Source: an uncultured delta proteobacterium | GTDB lineage: Bacteria > Desulfobacterota > Syntrophia > Syntrophales > UBA2185 | Direction of reading: 5' to 3' | Length of the DNA: 64,000 nucleotides | Assembly (NCBI GenBank): GCA_963729715.1 | Contig: CAVSPA010000005.1 | Location: forward strand, 640,001-704,000 | Shown here: one piece after another, positions 33,058 to 44,280 of the stretch | Position numbering within the stretch: position 1 is the first letter of the stretch | Layout: every line of letters starts with the position of its first letter | Made by a program: the position numbers and the translations under genes | The notes under the pieces: model-generated | Database searches by the model: none | What the model was told of the DNA's origin: nothing | The model's input: only the letters and a program-made list of their open reading frames with translations

Positions 33058-33085
33058 ATCTTATATAAGAAATCAGATTTGTCAA
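33058..33085 (-). promoter_or_regulatory. Sigma70-type promoter of the Val leader
   Basis: TTGACA-16 nt-TAAGAT on minus strand. Confidence 0.6.
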
Positions 33086-33106
33086 GGAATTTTTGGGCTA
33101 CTCTCA

Positions 33107-35149
33107 TTAACGGGAACCGTCTTTATTGAGCCTGTTGGTTTCTTCTTGCGTTTCCTTGATTTCTATAGGTACAGCGCGAGTCCCTGTCGTACCCTCGAGA
33201 AAGCTCTCGAATATGGCATCCTGGGTCGAGCGTGTAGCCGGAATACCTGTGTGAGGTTCTACCTTGATGAAAACAATTCCGTCCGGCACGGGAAAAACTT
33301 CTCTGGGCCTTCCCTGCAGGGCTTTTTCCATAAAATAGAGCCATATTGGAGCTGCCGCCCTGCCTCCCACTTCTTCTCTGCCGAGTGAGGTTTCCTGGTC
33401 AAAACCAACCCATACCCCGGCCACGAGAGACGGTGTAAAACCTATGAACCAGGCATCTCTCGTATCATCTGTCGTTCCCGTCTTGGCTGCCACGGGCCGG
33501 CCGATGCTCTTTACTCGCCTCCCTGTGCCGCTTTCCACTACATCCTGCATGACATAGGAAGTCATAAATGCTATGCGGGGGTCAATTACCTCCTCACTTT
33601 TTACCTGGGTCTCTTCAAAGACATGACCCGTCCGATCGACGATTTTCTTGATGAAAAAAGGAACGACCCTCTTGCCTTGATTTGCTAGGACACCGTATCC
33701 CCTCACCATTTCCAGCAGAGTGACTCCCGATGTTCCCAGGGCCAGAGAGAGGTTCTTTGACAAGGGAGAAGTTATCCCCATGTTCGTGGCATATGCGGCG
33801 GCATAGTCGACCCCGATCTCCTGGAGAATCTTTATCGTAATGATATTTCGTGACTGCACGAGGGCGTTTCTAAGAGTGGTCGGCCCATTGAATTTACCGT
33901 CGAAGTTTCTTGGTTTCCAGAAACCATCAGGAGATGCTCTATCTTCATACACAATGGGAGCGTCCAGTATGCGCGTAGAGGGTGTCATTCCCTTGTCAAA
34001 GGCGGCTGTGTATATAAATGGCTTAAATGCCGATCCGGGCTGCCTCCGTGACTGGGTGGCACGGTTGAATTCACTCTTCTTGAAATCCCTGCCTCCGACC
34101 ATAGCCGTGATAGCACCGGTCTTCGCCTCCATACAGAGAAGAGCCCCCTGAACAAGTCCCTTCTCATACTTCTCCCGGTCTTCCAATTCTTGAAGCCCCT
34201 TTTCTACTGCGTCCCGTGCCGCCTTCTGCATGTCTATGTTAAGGGTAGTATAGACCTCAAGACCTTCCTTGTAGAGCACGTCGCTCCCGTATTTTTCCAA
34301 AATGTATTTCCGTATGTTTTCGACAAAATAAGGGGCGATTTTTTCTTTGGGTCTGATGGACTTGAGGGCTACAGGCACTGCCAGGGCCCGTTCTTTCTCT
34401 GCTGCGGTAATGTATTCGTCTTCGACCATCCTCTCAAGCACGTATGCCTGTCTCTGGCGGGCACGGTCGAAATGAAGGAAAGGAGAATAGCTGCTGGGCG
34501 CTTTGGGAAGACCGGCCAGGAGTGAGGCTTCCGCGAGGTTCAGATGCCTGGCGCTTTTCCCAAAATATCCTTGTGATGCTGCCTCAATGCCGTAAGTGCC
34601 ATGCCCTAAATATATGTGGTTGAGGTATAAGTTCATAATTTCGTCTTTGGAAAGATACTTGTCAATCTTATAGGCTAAGAAGGCCTCCTTGATTTTTCTC
34701 ATGTAGCTTTTTTCCGAAGACAGATAAAGGGATTTTGCTACCTGCTGTGTTATGGTGCTTCCGCCCTGAACTATACGACCGGCTTCGATATTCTTATAAA
34801 AGGCCCTTGTCATGCTCACCAAGTCAAAGCCGGTATGCTGATAAAATCTCGCATCTTCCGCGGCCACAAAGGCCTGAACGACCACCTTTGGAACTTCAGA
34901 CAGCTTAATGATTTTTCTGTCTTCCATGAAAAATTCATCGATTAGTTCGTTATTGTCTGCGTACACCCGCGTGGCGATGCTGGGACGGTAGTCCTTTAAG
35001 GCGGCTATGCTAGGTAATTCTTGCTGAAGGACATAGTACAAGATACTGCTTACTATGATTGCCAGAACGACAAAGCACACTGTGGCTATCAGCAGTACTG
35101 TGCCAAGACGGGAGTGTTTAGGTTGCGTTTTCTTGTATTTGGGTCTCAT
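33107..35149 (-). CDS. mrcA: Class A penicillin-binding protein (PBP1A family)
   Basis: N-terminal TM; EDARF, GGSTITQQ, RKIKE; RQPGSAFKP, SRN, KTGTT. Confidence 0.9.
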   Translation of the reverse strand: MRPKYKKTQPKHSRLGTVLLIATVCFVVLAIIVSSILYYVLQQELPSIAALKDYRPSIATRVYADNNELIDEFFMEDRKIIKLSEVPKVVVQAFVAAEDARFYQHTGFDLVSMTRAFYKNIEAGRIVQGGSTITQQVAKSLYLSSEKSYMRKIKEAFLAYKIDKYLSKDEIMNLYLNHIYLGHGTYGIEAASQGYFGKSARHLNLAEASLLAGLPKAPSSYSPFLHFDRARQRQAYVLERMVEDEYITAAEKERALAVPVALKSIRPKEKIAPYFVENIRKYILEKYGSDVLYKEGLEVYTTLNIDMQKAARDAVEKGLQELEDREKYEKGLVQGALLCMEAKTGAITAMVGGRDFKKSEFNRATQSRRQPGSAFKPFIYTAAFDKGMTPSTRILDAPIVYEDRASPDGFWKPRNFDGKFNGPTTLRNALVQSRNIITIKILQEIGVDYAAAYATNMGITSPLSKNLSLALGTSGVTLLEMVRGYGVLANQGKRVVPFFIKKIVDRTGHVFEETQVKSEEVIDPRIAFMTSYVMQDVVESGTGRRVKSIGRPVAAKTGTTDDTRDAWFIGFTPSLVAGVWVGFDQETSLGREEVGGRAAAPIWLYFMEKALQGRPREVFPVPDGIVFIKVEPHTGIPATRSTQDAIFESFLEGTTGTRAVPIEIKETQEETNRLNKDGSR

Positions 35150-35916
35150 ATTTCCTTTTGATCGTCTTTCAAATCTTCTGCCTTGGGACGTTTCTTCTCA
35201 GCGAGCTTGGCTACGATTATACCAATCTCATAAAGGCCCATCAATGGTACAGCCATGATGATCTGGGTAATCGCATCAGGGGAAGGCGTCAGGATTGCAG
35301 CAGCGATAAATATTATAAGAATAGCGTAACGCCTGTTTCGCGACAGCGTTCTTGAACTTACGACACCGATTTTGGCTAAGAAAAAGATAACAACGGGGAG
35401 TTCAAAGGACACACCAAACGCAAGCAAGAGCTTCAGGGAGAGAGAAAGATACTCTCGCAGTGAAAACATGGGCTTAAGAAAGTCAGATGAAAATTCCACG
35501 AAAAAGCTGAATGCCGGAGGAAGGGCAAGATAATAGCCGAATAGTACGCCGCAAATAAACAGAATGGTGGAAGAGATAACGAAGGGAAGCATGTATTTCT
35601 TCTCTGACCTATAGAGACCAGGTGAGATGAATTTCCACAGTTGATAAAGGATGTAGGGGCTTGTAAGAAAAAGTGACGCGTAGAAGGATATTTTCATGTA
35701 GTTGAAAAACGCCTCGGGCAGGCTGGTATATATCATGAAGCTGTTCGGGGGTAGGACCTGGTATAGAGGCCTTGTAATGATCTGGAATAGCCATTCTTTA
35801 AAATACCAACAGACACCGAAACCGATAGCTGCGGCAATCATTATGCGGATGATTCTGGTCCGCAATTCTTCCAGATGATTAGTGAAGGGCATTTTTTCTT
35901 CTACAGGGTCTTCCAT
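35146..35916 (-). CDS. tatC: Twin-arginine translocase TatC
   Basis: HLEELRTR, YQLWKFISPGLY, FELP, AAILTPSPD. Confidence 0.95.
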   Translation of the reverse strand: MEDPVEEKMPFTNHLEELRTRIIRIMIAAAIGFGVCWYFKEWLFQIITRPLYQVLPPNSFMIYTSLPEAFFNYMKISFYASLFLTSPYILYQLWKFISPGLYRSEKKYMLPFVISSTILFICGVLFGYYLALPPAFSFFVEFSSDFLKPMFSLREYLSLSLKLLLAFGVSFELPVVIFFLAKIGVVSSRTLSRNRRYAILIIFIAAAILTPSPDAITQIIMAVPLMGLYEIGIIVAKLAEKKRPKAEDLKDDQKEI

Positions 35917-35970
35917 AGATTAATTATCAGCGTCTCCTCTTATAAATTGATTCTAACTCGAGTAGTGAAT

Positions 35971-36288
35971 TCAAGATTGAGCTTTAAAAGGGGAATCTTT
36001 GTGGGGGGGTTCTTTTGTTTCATCGCCGCCTGGCGGAGAATGCTTATGGTCATCCTGGTCATTTTTTTTAACATACAGCAGTGAAGCTTTAAAGTCATTG
36101 ACTTCTTTTTTTACATCTTCCGGCTTGAGAGTTTCCTTGATATTTTCCGTTACATCATCGGCCGCTCTGCGAAATTCGGAGAGACCGTTGCCGAAGGATT
36201 TTGCAAGATCTGGCAGCTTCTTCGGACCCACGACGATCAATGCGATAACTGCTATTACGATGAGCTCAGGCAAACCGATGCCGAACAT
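35971..36288 (-). CDS. Twin-arginine translocase TatA/TatB family subunit
   Basis: [26 protein letters not shown]; directly upstream of tatC. Confidence 0.9.
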   Translation of the reverse strand: MFGIGLPELIVIAVIALIVVGPKKLPDLAKSFGNGLSEFRRAADDVTENIKETLKPEDVKKEVNDFKASLLYVKKNDQDDHKHSPPGGDETKEPPHKDSPFKAQS

Positions 36289-36464
36289 GATTTCAACCTC
36301 TTATTCGCTAAAGCGGCTTGAATATATATCTATTTATGCATTTGTCAATGTTTTTCCAGGAGCAGAGAATGCCGTCGCCACGCTGGGAAACTTTTTGCGT
36401 TCTCATTGCTTTTGTGCTAAAAGCTTGTGCCTGTGTAGAAAAACCCTTCCAGGGATGGTGACCA

Positions 36465-37520
36465 ATGTCTCGAAAAACGGGTATTGTTAAGGATGAAAGG
36501 TATTTAAGGCATGACGCCGGATTCGGACATCCCGAATCACCACAGCGGCTTGGAGCGACCTACACTATGCTTGAAGCCTCTGGTATGGCCGGACAGTTTA
36601 TCGAAATTGAACCGCGTTATGCCACCCATGAAGAGATTGCAATGATTCATTCTCTTTCTTATATAAATCTTGTCGCCTCTACTGCAGGGAAGATATTTGT
36701 TCCCCTTGATCCCGATACGGCTGCCACACCGGAATCGTATGATGTTGCGAAGCTGGCAGTGGGGGGACTATTTAACGCTATCGACAGCGTTGTAGCGGGT
36801 GAAGTTGACAATGCCTTTGCCCTTGTCAGGCCTCCCGGACATCACGCAGGAGTATCCAATGCGGCCGGCTTCTGCCTTTTCAATAATGTTGCCATAGGAG
36901 CCATGCATGCTATTTCCAAGCACAAGATGGAAAGGATTCTGGTAGTCGACTGGGATCTACACCATGGCAATGGCACCCAAGCGCAATTCTATGAGGACCC
37001 GAGGGTTTTGTATTTCTCAACGCACCAGTATCCATATTATCCTGGCACAGGCGCCATAGAAGAAATAGGACGAGGGAAAGGTATCGGATACAACATCAAT
37101 ATACCCTTGAGACCCGGCACAGACAGCGCTCAGTATGTCAAGATTTTCAAAAAAATTATCTATCCTGTCTCTATGAAGTTTAAGCCGGAGCTGGTCCTTA
37201 TCTCGGCCGGGTTCGATCCTTACTACAAGGACCCCTTAGGAGGAATGAAGGTTACGCCCGCCGGGTTTGCCTGTCTGACACGTATTCTCATGGATATCGC
37301 TGATCAGTGCTGCGGTGGAAAGGTGGTTGCAACCCTCGAAGGCGGGTATCATATCAGCGGACTTGCAGAGTCGATAAAAACAGTGCTTATCGAAATGAGG
37401 GACGGCACGCATGTGACCGATGATGAGCTCGAGCGAATTGCAAAAGAGGCAGACAGCAATACGGATCCAGTAATCAAGAAGGTCATCGATCAGATAAATC
37501 CTTACTGGCGGCTGTCATGA
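36465..37520 (+). CDS. Histone deacetylase family amidohydrolase
   Basis: HPESPQRL, RPPGHHA, GFCLFNN, DWDLHHGNGTQ, SAGFD, LEGGY. Confidence 0.93.
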   Translation: MSRKTGIVKDERYLRHDAGFGHPESPQRLGATYTMLEASGMAGQFIEIEPRYATHEEIAMIHSLSYINLVASTAGKIFVPLDPDTAATPESYDVAKLAVGGLFNAIDSVVAGEVDNAFALVRPPGHHAGVSNAAGFCLFNNVAIGAMHAISKHKMERILVVDWDLHHGNGTQAQFYEDPRVLYFSTHQYPYYPGTGAIEEIGRGKGIGYNINIPLRPGTDSAQYVKIFKKIIYPVSMKFKPELVLISAGFDPYYKDPLGGMKVTPAGFACLTRILMDIADQCCGGKVVATLEGGYHISGLAESIKTVLIEMRDGTHVTDDELERIAKEADSNTDPVIKKVIDQINPYWRLS

Positions 37521-37550
37521 ATTCATTGTTGCAGTTATGAGGATACGGCG

Positions 37551-37838
37551 TTGAAGATCACAAAGGAAGAAGTTGAATACGTGGCTCATCTGGCGAGGCT
37601 CGATTTTAGCGAAGAACAAAAAGTGACATTTACCTCACAGCTAAACGATATACTGATGTATATGGATAAGCTCAATGAGGTGGACACAGCGGGCATCGAA
37701 CCAATGAGTCATGCCATTGCCCTTCAGAATGCCTTCAGAAACGATACCGTCAAAGATTCACTCAGTCATGAACTGTCCCTGTCCAATGCCCCCGAAGCAA
37801 GGGGCCCGTTTTTCCGGGTACCGAAAGTTATAGAATAG
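37551..37838 (+). CDS. gatC: Asp/Glu-tRNA amidotransferase subunit C
   Basis: VAHLARL...FRVPKVIE; upstream of gatA. Confidence 0.93.
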   Translation: MKITKEEVEYVAHLARLDFSEEQKVTFTSQLNDILMYMDKLNEVDTAGIEPMSHAIALQNAFRNDTVKDSLSHELSLSNAPEARGPFFRVPKVIE

Positions 37839-37850
37839 GATAGGGGCGGC

Positions 37851-39308
37851 ATGGAACTTCATCAGTTAACGATTCACGAGTTGCAGAAATTGATCAGGTC
37901 GAAGGAGATAAATTCCTCGGACATAGTTGAATCCGTGTACAAAAGGATTGATGCCGTAGAAGGCCGTGTTCATGCATATATCACCTTAATGAAGGAACAT
38001 GCATTTGCAGAGGCCACCAAAGCAGACCGCTGTATCAAGGAAGGAAATGTCCGGGCGCTGACGGGAATACCCATCGCCCTCAAAGATATCGTCTGCACGA
38101 AAAATTTCTTGACAACCTGCGGATCCCACATCCTGTACAACTACATCCCGCCTTACGATGCCACGGTGGTGGAGAAATTGAAGGAAGCCGGTGCGGTATT
38201 CACGGGCAAGACGAATATGGATGAATTCGCGATGGGCTCATCCACGGAGACCTCATATTTCGGGATAACCAGAAATCCCTGGGCTCTCGACAGGATACCC
38301 GGTGGGTCAAGCGGCGGGTCCGCCGCTGCTGTGGCCGGGGATGAGTGCATTGCCTCTATCGGTTCAGATACAGGCGGCTCCATCAGGCAGCCCGCAGCTT
38401 TATGTGGTGTTGTGGGAATGAAGCCAACCTATGGAAGAGTGTCCCGATACGGACTCATCGCCTTTGCCTCCTCCCTGGATCAGATTGGTCCTTTTACAAA
38501 AGACGTTGAAGACTGCGCTATCATGATGAATGTTATTGCCGGATATGATCCGAGGGAGTCTACATCTGTTCCTCTCGACGTACCCGATTACACGGCATTT
38601 CTCTCACGGGGGATTGATGGCTTCAAAGTGGGGATTCCGAAGGAGTACTTCATCGAGGGCATTGACCCGGAGATAACGGAGGCCATGAACGAAGCCAGGA
38701 AGGCCATCGAGGAACTGGGAGCAACGTGTGTCGAGACATCTCTTCCCCATACGGAATATTGCCTGGCCGTGTATTACATCATTGCTCCCGCGGAGGCGAG
38801 TTCCAATCTGGCCCGATATGACGGTGTGAGGTACGGATTCCGGGCGGAAGACTGCAGAGACCTTCTGGATATGTACAAGAAAACCCGCTCTGCCGGTTTC
38901 GGGGCCGAAGTAAAAAGGCGGATAATGATAGGGACGTACGCGCTGTCTTCCGGCTATTACGATGCTTACTATAAGAAGGCTTCCCAGGTGCGGGCGCTGA
39001 TTAAGCGGGATTTTGAAGAGGCATTGAAGCATTGCGATGTAATCCTTACACCGACGACCCCCACCCCTGCCTTCAAGATCGGCGAGAAGATGGACGATCC
39101 CCTGCAGATGTATCTCTCCGACATATTCACCATATCAACAAACCTGGCGGGCATACCGGGCATATCCGTGCCGTGCGGATTTACGCGGCAAGGGCTCCCC
39201 ATTGGCGCGCAGTTCCTGACAGGACATTTTGAAGAAGGGAAATTAATTCAAATTGCCGCTGCATTTGAAAAACATGCAAACCTAAAGCAGAGGAGACCGA
39301 CTCTCTGA
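37851..39308 (+). CDS. gatA: Asp/Glu-tRNA amidotransferase subunit A
   Basis: [43 protein letters not shown]. Confidence 0.96.
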   Translation: MELHQLTIHELQKLIRSKEINSSDIVESVYKRIDAVEGRVHAYITLMKEHAFAEATKADRCIKEGNVRALTGIPIALKDIVCTKNFLTTCGSHILYNYIPPYDATVVEKLKEAGAVFTGKTNMDEFAMGSSTETSYFGITRNPWALDRIPGGSSGGSAAAVAGDECIASIGSDTGGSIRQPAALCGVVGMKPTYGRVSRYGLIAFASSLDQIGPFTKDVEDCAIMMNVIAGYDPRESTSVPLDVPDYTAFLSRGIDGFKVGIPKEYFIEGIDPEITEAMNEARKAIEELGATCVETSLPHTEYCLAVYYIIAPAEASSNLARYDGVRYGFRAEDCRDLLDMYKKTRSAGFGAEVKRRIMIGTYALSSGYYDAYYKKASQVRALIKRDFEEALKHCDVILTPTTPTPAFKIGEKMDDPLQMYLSDIFTISTNLAGIPGISVPCGFTRQGLPIGAQFLTGHFEEGKLIQIAAAFEKHANLKQRRPTL

Positions 39309-40741
39309 TGGCATATGAACCGGTCATAGGGCTGGAAATACATGCCCAGCTTCTTACTAAATCAAAAATATTCTGCAGCTGCTCAACGTTGTTCGGGGCG
39401 GAGCCCAATACGCACACCTGTGCAGTGTGTATGGGGATGCCCGGTGTCCTTCCCGTCTTGAACAGGACGGTGGTTGAGTATACGATTAAAATGGCACTCG
39501 CGACCAACTGCGCAATAAATGAGTCATGCAATTTCGCGAGGAAAAACTATTTCTATCCTGACCTCCCCAAAGGGTATCAGATATCCCAGTACGCCCAGCC
39601 TCTTTCCGAGCACGGATATGTCAATATTGAACAGAACGAAGGAAGAAAAAGGATCGGCATAACGCGAATCCACATGGAGGAAGATGCAGGCAAAATGATT
39701 CACGATGAGCATATGCCTTCGAGTTACATTGATCTCAACAGGACAGGAGTGCCACTCATTGAGATTGTCAGCGAGCCGGATATGAGAAGCGCCGAGGAGG
39801 CATCCGCCTATCTGAGAAGACTGCATGAAATACTCGTTTATCTGGAGATCTGTGACGGGAATATGGAGGAGGGAAGCTTCCGCTGTGATGCCAATGTATC
39901 CATCAGGCCAAGAGGAGAAAAAGCCTTCGGTACGCGGACAGAACTGAAAAACATGAATTCCTTCCGGAATGTCCAGCGTGCACTAGATTATGAAATCAAG
40001 CGTCAGCAGTATATCCTGGAGAGCGGCCAGGCAGTGATCCAGGAAACGAGGCTGTGGGACGATTCACAAGGGGTAACCCTATCCATGCGGGGAAAAGAAG
40101 AGGCCCACGATTACCGATATTTTCCCGATCCCGATCTCGTTCCTATAGTAATAGATGAGTTTTGGGTGGAAGAGGTCAGAAAGAAAATTCCCGAACTTCC
40201 TCTCGCGAAACGGGAGCGGTTTATGAGAGATTATCAGCTCCCTTCCTATGATGCCGGTGTATTGACGTCAAGCCGCGTACTTGCTGATTACTTCGAAGAT
40301 GTGGCCAGCCTTTCCGGAAAACCGAAGGCAGCCAGCAACTGGGTCATGGGGGATATCCTCCGATTCCTAAATGAGGAAAAGCGGGATATAAAAGAGTGTC
40401 CCATTCTACCACAGTCACTCGCGGAGATGATTCAACTCATTGAAGATGGAACTATCAGCGGGAAGATGGCCAAGGATATTATTGAGGAGATGTACAGGAC
40501 AGGCAAGCCGCCGAAGACGATCATTGAAGAGAAGGGCATGATTCAGATTACCGATGAAGTTGCGCTAGCGAAAACTATTACTGAGATTCTGGCGAAAAAT
40601 ACGGCACAGGTTGAGCAGTACCGGGGAGGCAAAGAGAAGCTCTTTGGCTATTTTGTGGGTCAGGTGATGAAAGCAACCAAGGGAAAAGCCAATCCCCAGC
40701 TCATCAATGACCTTCTAAAAAAAATGTTAGCAGCGTCGTAA
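39308..40741 (+). CDS. gatB: Asp/Glu-tRNA amidotransferase subunit B
   Basis: [44 protein letters not shown]. Confidence 0.96.
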   Translation: MAYEPVIGLEIHAQLLTKSKIFCSCSTLFGAEPNTHTCAVCMGMPGVLPVLNRTVVEYTIKMALATNCAINESCNFARKNYFYPDLPKGYQISQYAQPLSEHGYVNIEQNEGRKRIGITRIHMEEDAGKMIHDEHMPSSYIDLNRTGVPLIEIVSEPDMRSAEEASAYLRRLHEILVYLEICDGNMEEGSFRCDANVSIRPRGEKAFGTRTELKNMNSFRNVQRALDYEIKRQQYILESGQAVIQETRLWDDSQGVTLSMRGKEEAHDYRYFPDPDLVPIVIDEFWVEEVRKKIPELPLAKRERFMRDYQLPSYDAGVLTSSRVLADYFEDVASLSGKPKAASNWVMGDILRFLNEEKRDIKECPILPQSLAEMIQLIEDGTISGKMAKDIIEEMYRTGKPPKTIIEEKGMIQITDEVALAKTITEILAKNTAQVEQYRGGKEKLFGYFVGQVMKATKGKANPQLINDLLKKMLAAS

Positions 40742-40829
40742 TCATCCGGAGCCTTGGTGGTAAGATTTCTCAGAATGAGTTTAGCGGGGCAAAAATCTTC
40801 TTTCCACCTTAAGAAGGAAAACTAATAAG

Positions 40830-41879
40830 ATGAATAGTGCGATCAGGACGATTTTCTGGAAGGATGATGCGGTCGTCATGATCGACCAGAAGGCCCTTCC
40901 CCAGGAAGAGCGCCACCTGAGGTTTACTGATTATCAGGATGTCATCGCGGCAATCAAGGATCTGACCGTCCGCGGCGCCCCGGCAATCGGAGTAGCTGCT
41001 GCAATGGGTATTGCGCTCGGCACGCTCCATTTTGCCGCCTCATCAAAAGAAGATTTCAATCTCGCGTTCCGCGCAATCTGTTATCAGTTCTCCCAGACCC
41101 GGCCCACAGCGCGGAATCTTTTCTGGGCCATAGAAAGGATGAAAAAGCGTTTTGACGAAGCGTCCGCAGCGCCTATGGATCAGATAAAGAGGGTTCTTGT
41201 GGAAGAAGCCATGCACATCTGTGAGGAGGATATTGCCATAAATGAGAGAATCGGTATTAACGGAAGATCACTGATTCAGGACGGCGATAAAATTCTCACA
41301 CACTGCAATGCCGGCGCCTTGGCAACGGCCGGTTGCGGTACGGCCCTCGGTGTTATCAGGGCCGCTTGGGAGGAAGGGAAGAAACTCCATGTTTTTGTCG
41401 ATGAAACGCGACCCGTCCTTCAGGGAGCGCGGCTCACAGCCTGGGAACTCATGAAAGAGAAGATCCCTGCGACGCTAATAGCTGATAATATGGCAGGTTT
41501 TTTAATGAAACAAGGAAGGATCAGCAAGGTTATTGTCGGGGCGGACCGGATCACCGCCAATGGCGATGTGGCAAACAAGATCGGCACATATTCTCTCGCT
41601 GTTCTGGCAAAAGAGCATAACATTCCTTTTTATGTGGCAGCACCCTTATCTACCATAGACGTGTCGCTTCAAAACGGCGATGAGATTCCCATTGAGGAAA
41701 GAGATGCGGAAGAGATCACGACGATTCGAGGAACAAGAGTGGCGCCTGAGGGCATGCATGTTTATAACCCGGCCTTTGATGTTACTCCAAATCGTCACAT
41801 CACTGCCATTGTAACTGAAATGGGTATTGTCTTTCCTCCTTATTGCATGGGAAAAGTAGCACGGCATCCTAAAAAATGA
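40830..41879 (+). CDS. mtnA: Methylthioribose-1-phosphate isomerase
   Basis: [50 protein letters not shown]. Confidence 0.94.
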   Translation: MNSAIRTIFWKDDAVVMIDQKALPQEERHLRFTDYQDVIAAIKDLTVRGAPAIGVAAAMGIALGTLHFAASSKEDFNLAFRAICYQFSQTRPTARNLFWAIERMKKRFDEASAAPMDQIKRVLVEEAMHICEEDIAINERIGINGRSLIQDGDKILTHCNAGALATAGCGTALGVIRAAWEEGKKLHVFVDETRPVLQGARLTAWELMKEKIPATLIADNMAGFLMKQGRISKVIVGADRITANGDVANKIGTYSLAVLAKEHNIPFYVAAPLSTIDVSLQNGDEIPIEERDAEEITTIRGTRVAPEGMHVYNPAFDVTPNRHITAIVTEMGIVFPPYCMGKVARHPKK

Positions 41880-41959
41880 TGAACGAGCTAAAAGGTTCTA
41901 TAAGCGGTTTTATACATTTCAGTTCATACACGGCTTCCTCAATGACACTGTAGTCTTTT

Positions 41960-41975
41960 CGGCACGTCTCTTGCA
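41960..41975 (+). promoter_or_regulatory. Sigma54 (-24/-12) promoter candidate upstream of the MCP gene
   Basis: CGGCACGTCTCTTGCA: GG-N10-GC, one mismatch to TGGCACG-N4-TTGCA. Confidence 0.55.
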
Positions 41976-42115
41976 CGTCATTTCTCTCATGATTTGATCT
42001 GAATTACTCCATTGCTAATCCTAAAAATTCTCTCCGGCAGAGCAGGGGATTTCTTTATGCGCGATTGTTCGAATCTCTCTGAGAGCAAATTTTGTCAGCA
42101 AATACAGAATGCTCC

Positions 42116-42142
42116 TAAAGAAAGAAGAGAATTATCCGATTT
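42116..42142 (+). promoter_or_regulatory. Sigma28 (FliA) promoter candidate upstream of the MCP gene
   Basis: TAAA-15 nt-TCCGATTT vs consensus TAAA-N15-GCCGATAA. Confidence 0.5.
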
Positions 42143-42190
42143 AATGAAAAGCATCTCGTTGTCACAAAAAATTAATTCTGTGAGGTAACT

Positions 42191-43705
42191 ATGAAAAATG
42201 CAAGATTAAGTCTCAAATTAATCGGGGGGTTTATGATTGTTGCCTGCCTGCTCCTGGTGGGCGGCTTTGCCGGGTGGTACAGTGTTACTCTCCTCAGTAA
42301 CTGCATTGAAGAAGTCAATAGTAACCGTATACCCGATATGAGAGGGCTTGCGATGATTAGTGAAGCCCATGTGGCGATTCAGAAGGGCGAGCGCAGTCTG
42401 TTGATTCCCGAGTTCTTCAAAGATGATAACGAAAAGGCTCAACAGATGAACAATCTCGCGAAAGACTGGAAAGTTGCGGAGCAGGGTTTCAAGATGGTCG
42501 ATCCCTTGCCCCGGACAAAGGAAGAGACCGAAATCTGGAACAACTTCAAGATTGCATGGCAAAACTGGCAAAGGGAGCACAATCAGGTTATCGAACTTCT
42601 CAAAATGGACAAGCGTGACGAGGCGCTCGCCCTTTCTTCGGGCAAAACGAGAGGAGTAATCAGAGTTGTTGAGAATCTCTTAGGTGAACTGATCTCAGTC
42701 AATACGAAATTGGCAGCGGCAGAAACTGAAGCCACAGCGCTGACAGTAAAATGGACTAAGGTTGTGACCTCCATAGGAACAGGGATCGGTATCCTGGTTG
42801 CTTTTTTGCTTGGGATTTTCTTTGCTAACTATATTACAAAACCAATCAATCACGTCATTAAGCGCCTCATCGAAAGCGCAGATCACGTGGCGACAGCTTC
42901 GTCGGAGGTGACTGCTGCCAGCCAATCCCTTGCCGAAGGGGCTTCCGAACAGGCGGCTGCTGTTGAGGAAACGTCTTCATCCCTCGAAGAGATGTCTTCC
43001 ATGACGAAGAACAATGCCGATAATGCACAACAGGCCAGTCTGCTCATGTCGCATGACGCCAAAGTAAGTTACCGCGTGATAACTGAAAAAATGACTCAGA
43101 TGAAGGAGGTTATCAACGCGAGTGTCGAAGCGAGTCTGGAGACAGCAAAGATAATTAAGACCATCGATGAGATAGCCTTTCAAACGAATCTGCTTGCTTT
43201 AAATGCTGCAGTAGAGGCCGCGAGGGCCGGCGAAACAGGCGCCAGTTTTGCCATCGTGGCTGAGGAGGTACGGAATCTGGCTATGCGATCGGCGGAAGAG
43301 GCAAAAAATACGGAAACCCTGATCGCAGGCTCCACCGCGAAAATACAAGAGGCATCTACCCTCTTCGAACAAATTAACACTGAGTTGTCAAGCAATCGTC
43401 AAATTGCCAGAAAAGTGACGGAACTTGTCGGCGAAATTGCGGCAGCGTCTCAGGAGCAGGCGCAAGGTATAAATCAGATAAATAATGCCGTCATGGAGAT
43501 GGATAAGGTGGTGCAGCTGAATGCGGCGAGCGCCGAAGAATATTCCGGTGCCTCGGCGGAGATGAATACACAGGCAAAATATCTGAAGAATATTGTTGGA
43601 AATCTGAAAGATTTGGTCGAAGGTCAATCGAGGGACATTGCAAGTACAAGAGAAATGGATTCCGACGCTCACAGACTTAAGGCATTAATGGCAGATAAAA
43701 CGTAA
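42191..43705 (+). CDS. Methyl-accepting chemotaxis protein
   Basis: Two TM helices around a helical sensor; [24 protein letters not shown] signalling hairpin. Confidence 0.95.
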   Translation: MKNARLSLKLIGGFMIVACLLLVGGFAGWYSVTLLSNCIEEVNSNRIPDMRGLAMISEAHVAIQKGERSLLIPEFFKDDNEKAQQMNNLAKDWKVAEQGFKMVDPLPRTKEETEIWNNFKIAWQNWQREHNQVIELLKMDKRDEALALSSGKTRGVIRVVENLLGELISVNTKLAAAETEATALTVKWTKVVTSIGTGIGILVAFLLGIFFANYITKPINHVIKRLIESADHVATASSEVTAASQSLAEGASEQAAAVEETSSSLEEMSSMTKNNADNAQQASLLMSHDAKVSYRVITEKMTQMKEVINASVEASLETAKIIKTIDEIAFQTNLLALNAAVEAARAGETGASFAIVAEEVRNLAMRSAEEAKNTETLIAGSTAKIQEASTLFEQINTELSSNRQIARKVTELVGEIAAASQEQAQGINQINNAVMEMDKVVQLNAASAEEYSGASAEMNTQAKYLKNIVGNLKDLVEGQSRDIASTREMDSDAHRLKALMADKT

Positions 43706-43888
43706 CTCGGTGAAGCAAAGACTGCATAGCTGCGGCCGTAATGAACTGAATTCTAAATGTTGTATAATGAAGTACATTAATTCCAACGATATGGGTAAAG
43801 GTTAATATTATTAAGTCTGTTCAAGAAACCTTGGTATATTGAAAAAAAGTGAAATAAACCTTGACTTTCAGCTTTGATCGTACTAAAT

Positions 43889-44005
43889 GTACTTCAACAT
43901 TTGCACCCCTTAGAAATGATAGGGTGCAGTAGAAGTTGGATCAGACATATTGAAGTGCAAAGGTTGGCCACCATGCCCTTTAGGTCTTGGTGGCCTTTTT
44001 CTTTC
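43889..44005 (+). ncRNA. Structured leader RNA with terminator-like hairpin upstream of csp (candidate)
   Basis: Stem 43889-43900/43947-43958, hairpin TGCACCC/GGGTGCA, hairpin GGCCACCA/TGGTGGCC followed by TTTTTCTTTC. Confidence 0.5.
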
Positions 44006-44059
44006 TGTCAAAACGGCAATCCGACTGTGAGAAAATTTTGAGAAAGGAGGATTCAAGCG

Positions 44060-44260
44060 ATGCCAGAAGGTAAAGTAAAGTGGTTTAATGAGCAGAAGGG
44101 CTTCGGTTTCATCGAAAAGGATGACGGTGGTGATGTGTTTGTTCATCACAGCGCGATTCAAGCCGAGGGCTTCAAGACGTTATATGAAGGTCAGCGAGTG
44201 AGCTTCGACGTTCAGCAGGGCAAGAAAGGCCCGGCAGCAGACAACGTGAAGGCCCTGTAA
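44060..44260 (+). CDS. Cold-shock protein (CspA family)
   Basis: [42 protein letters not shown]. Confidence 0.96.
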   Translation: MPEGKVKWFNEQKGFGFIEKDDGGDVFVHHSAIQAEGFKTLYEGQRVSFDVQQGKKGPAADNVKAL

Positions 44261-44280
44261 AAGCACGATTGCCAAGAAAC

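Noticed and set aside
42017..42059. CCTAAAAATTCTCTCCGGCAGAGCAGGGGATT, vaguely like an IS200-type end or a riboswitch before the MCP
   Set aside because: Too degenerate, no transposase, and no c-di-GMP riboswitch consensus recognised.
43910..44161. 83-aa minus-strand ORF over csp
   Set aside because: Antisense shadow of the cold-shock gene and its leader.
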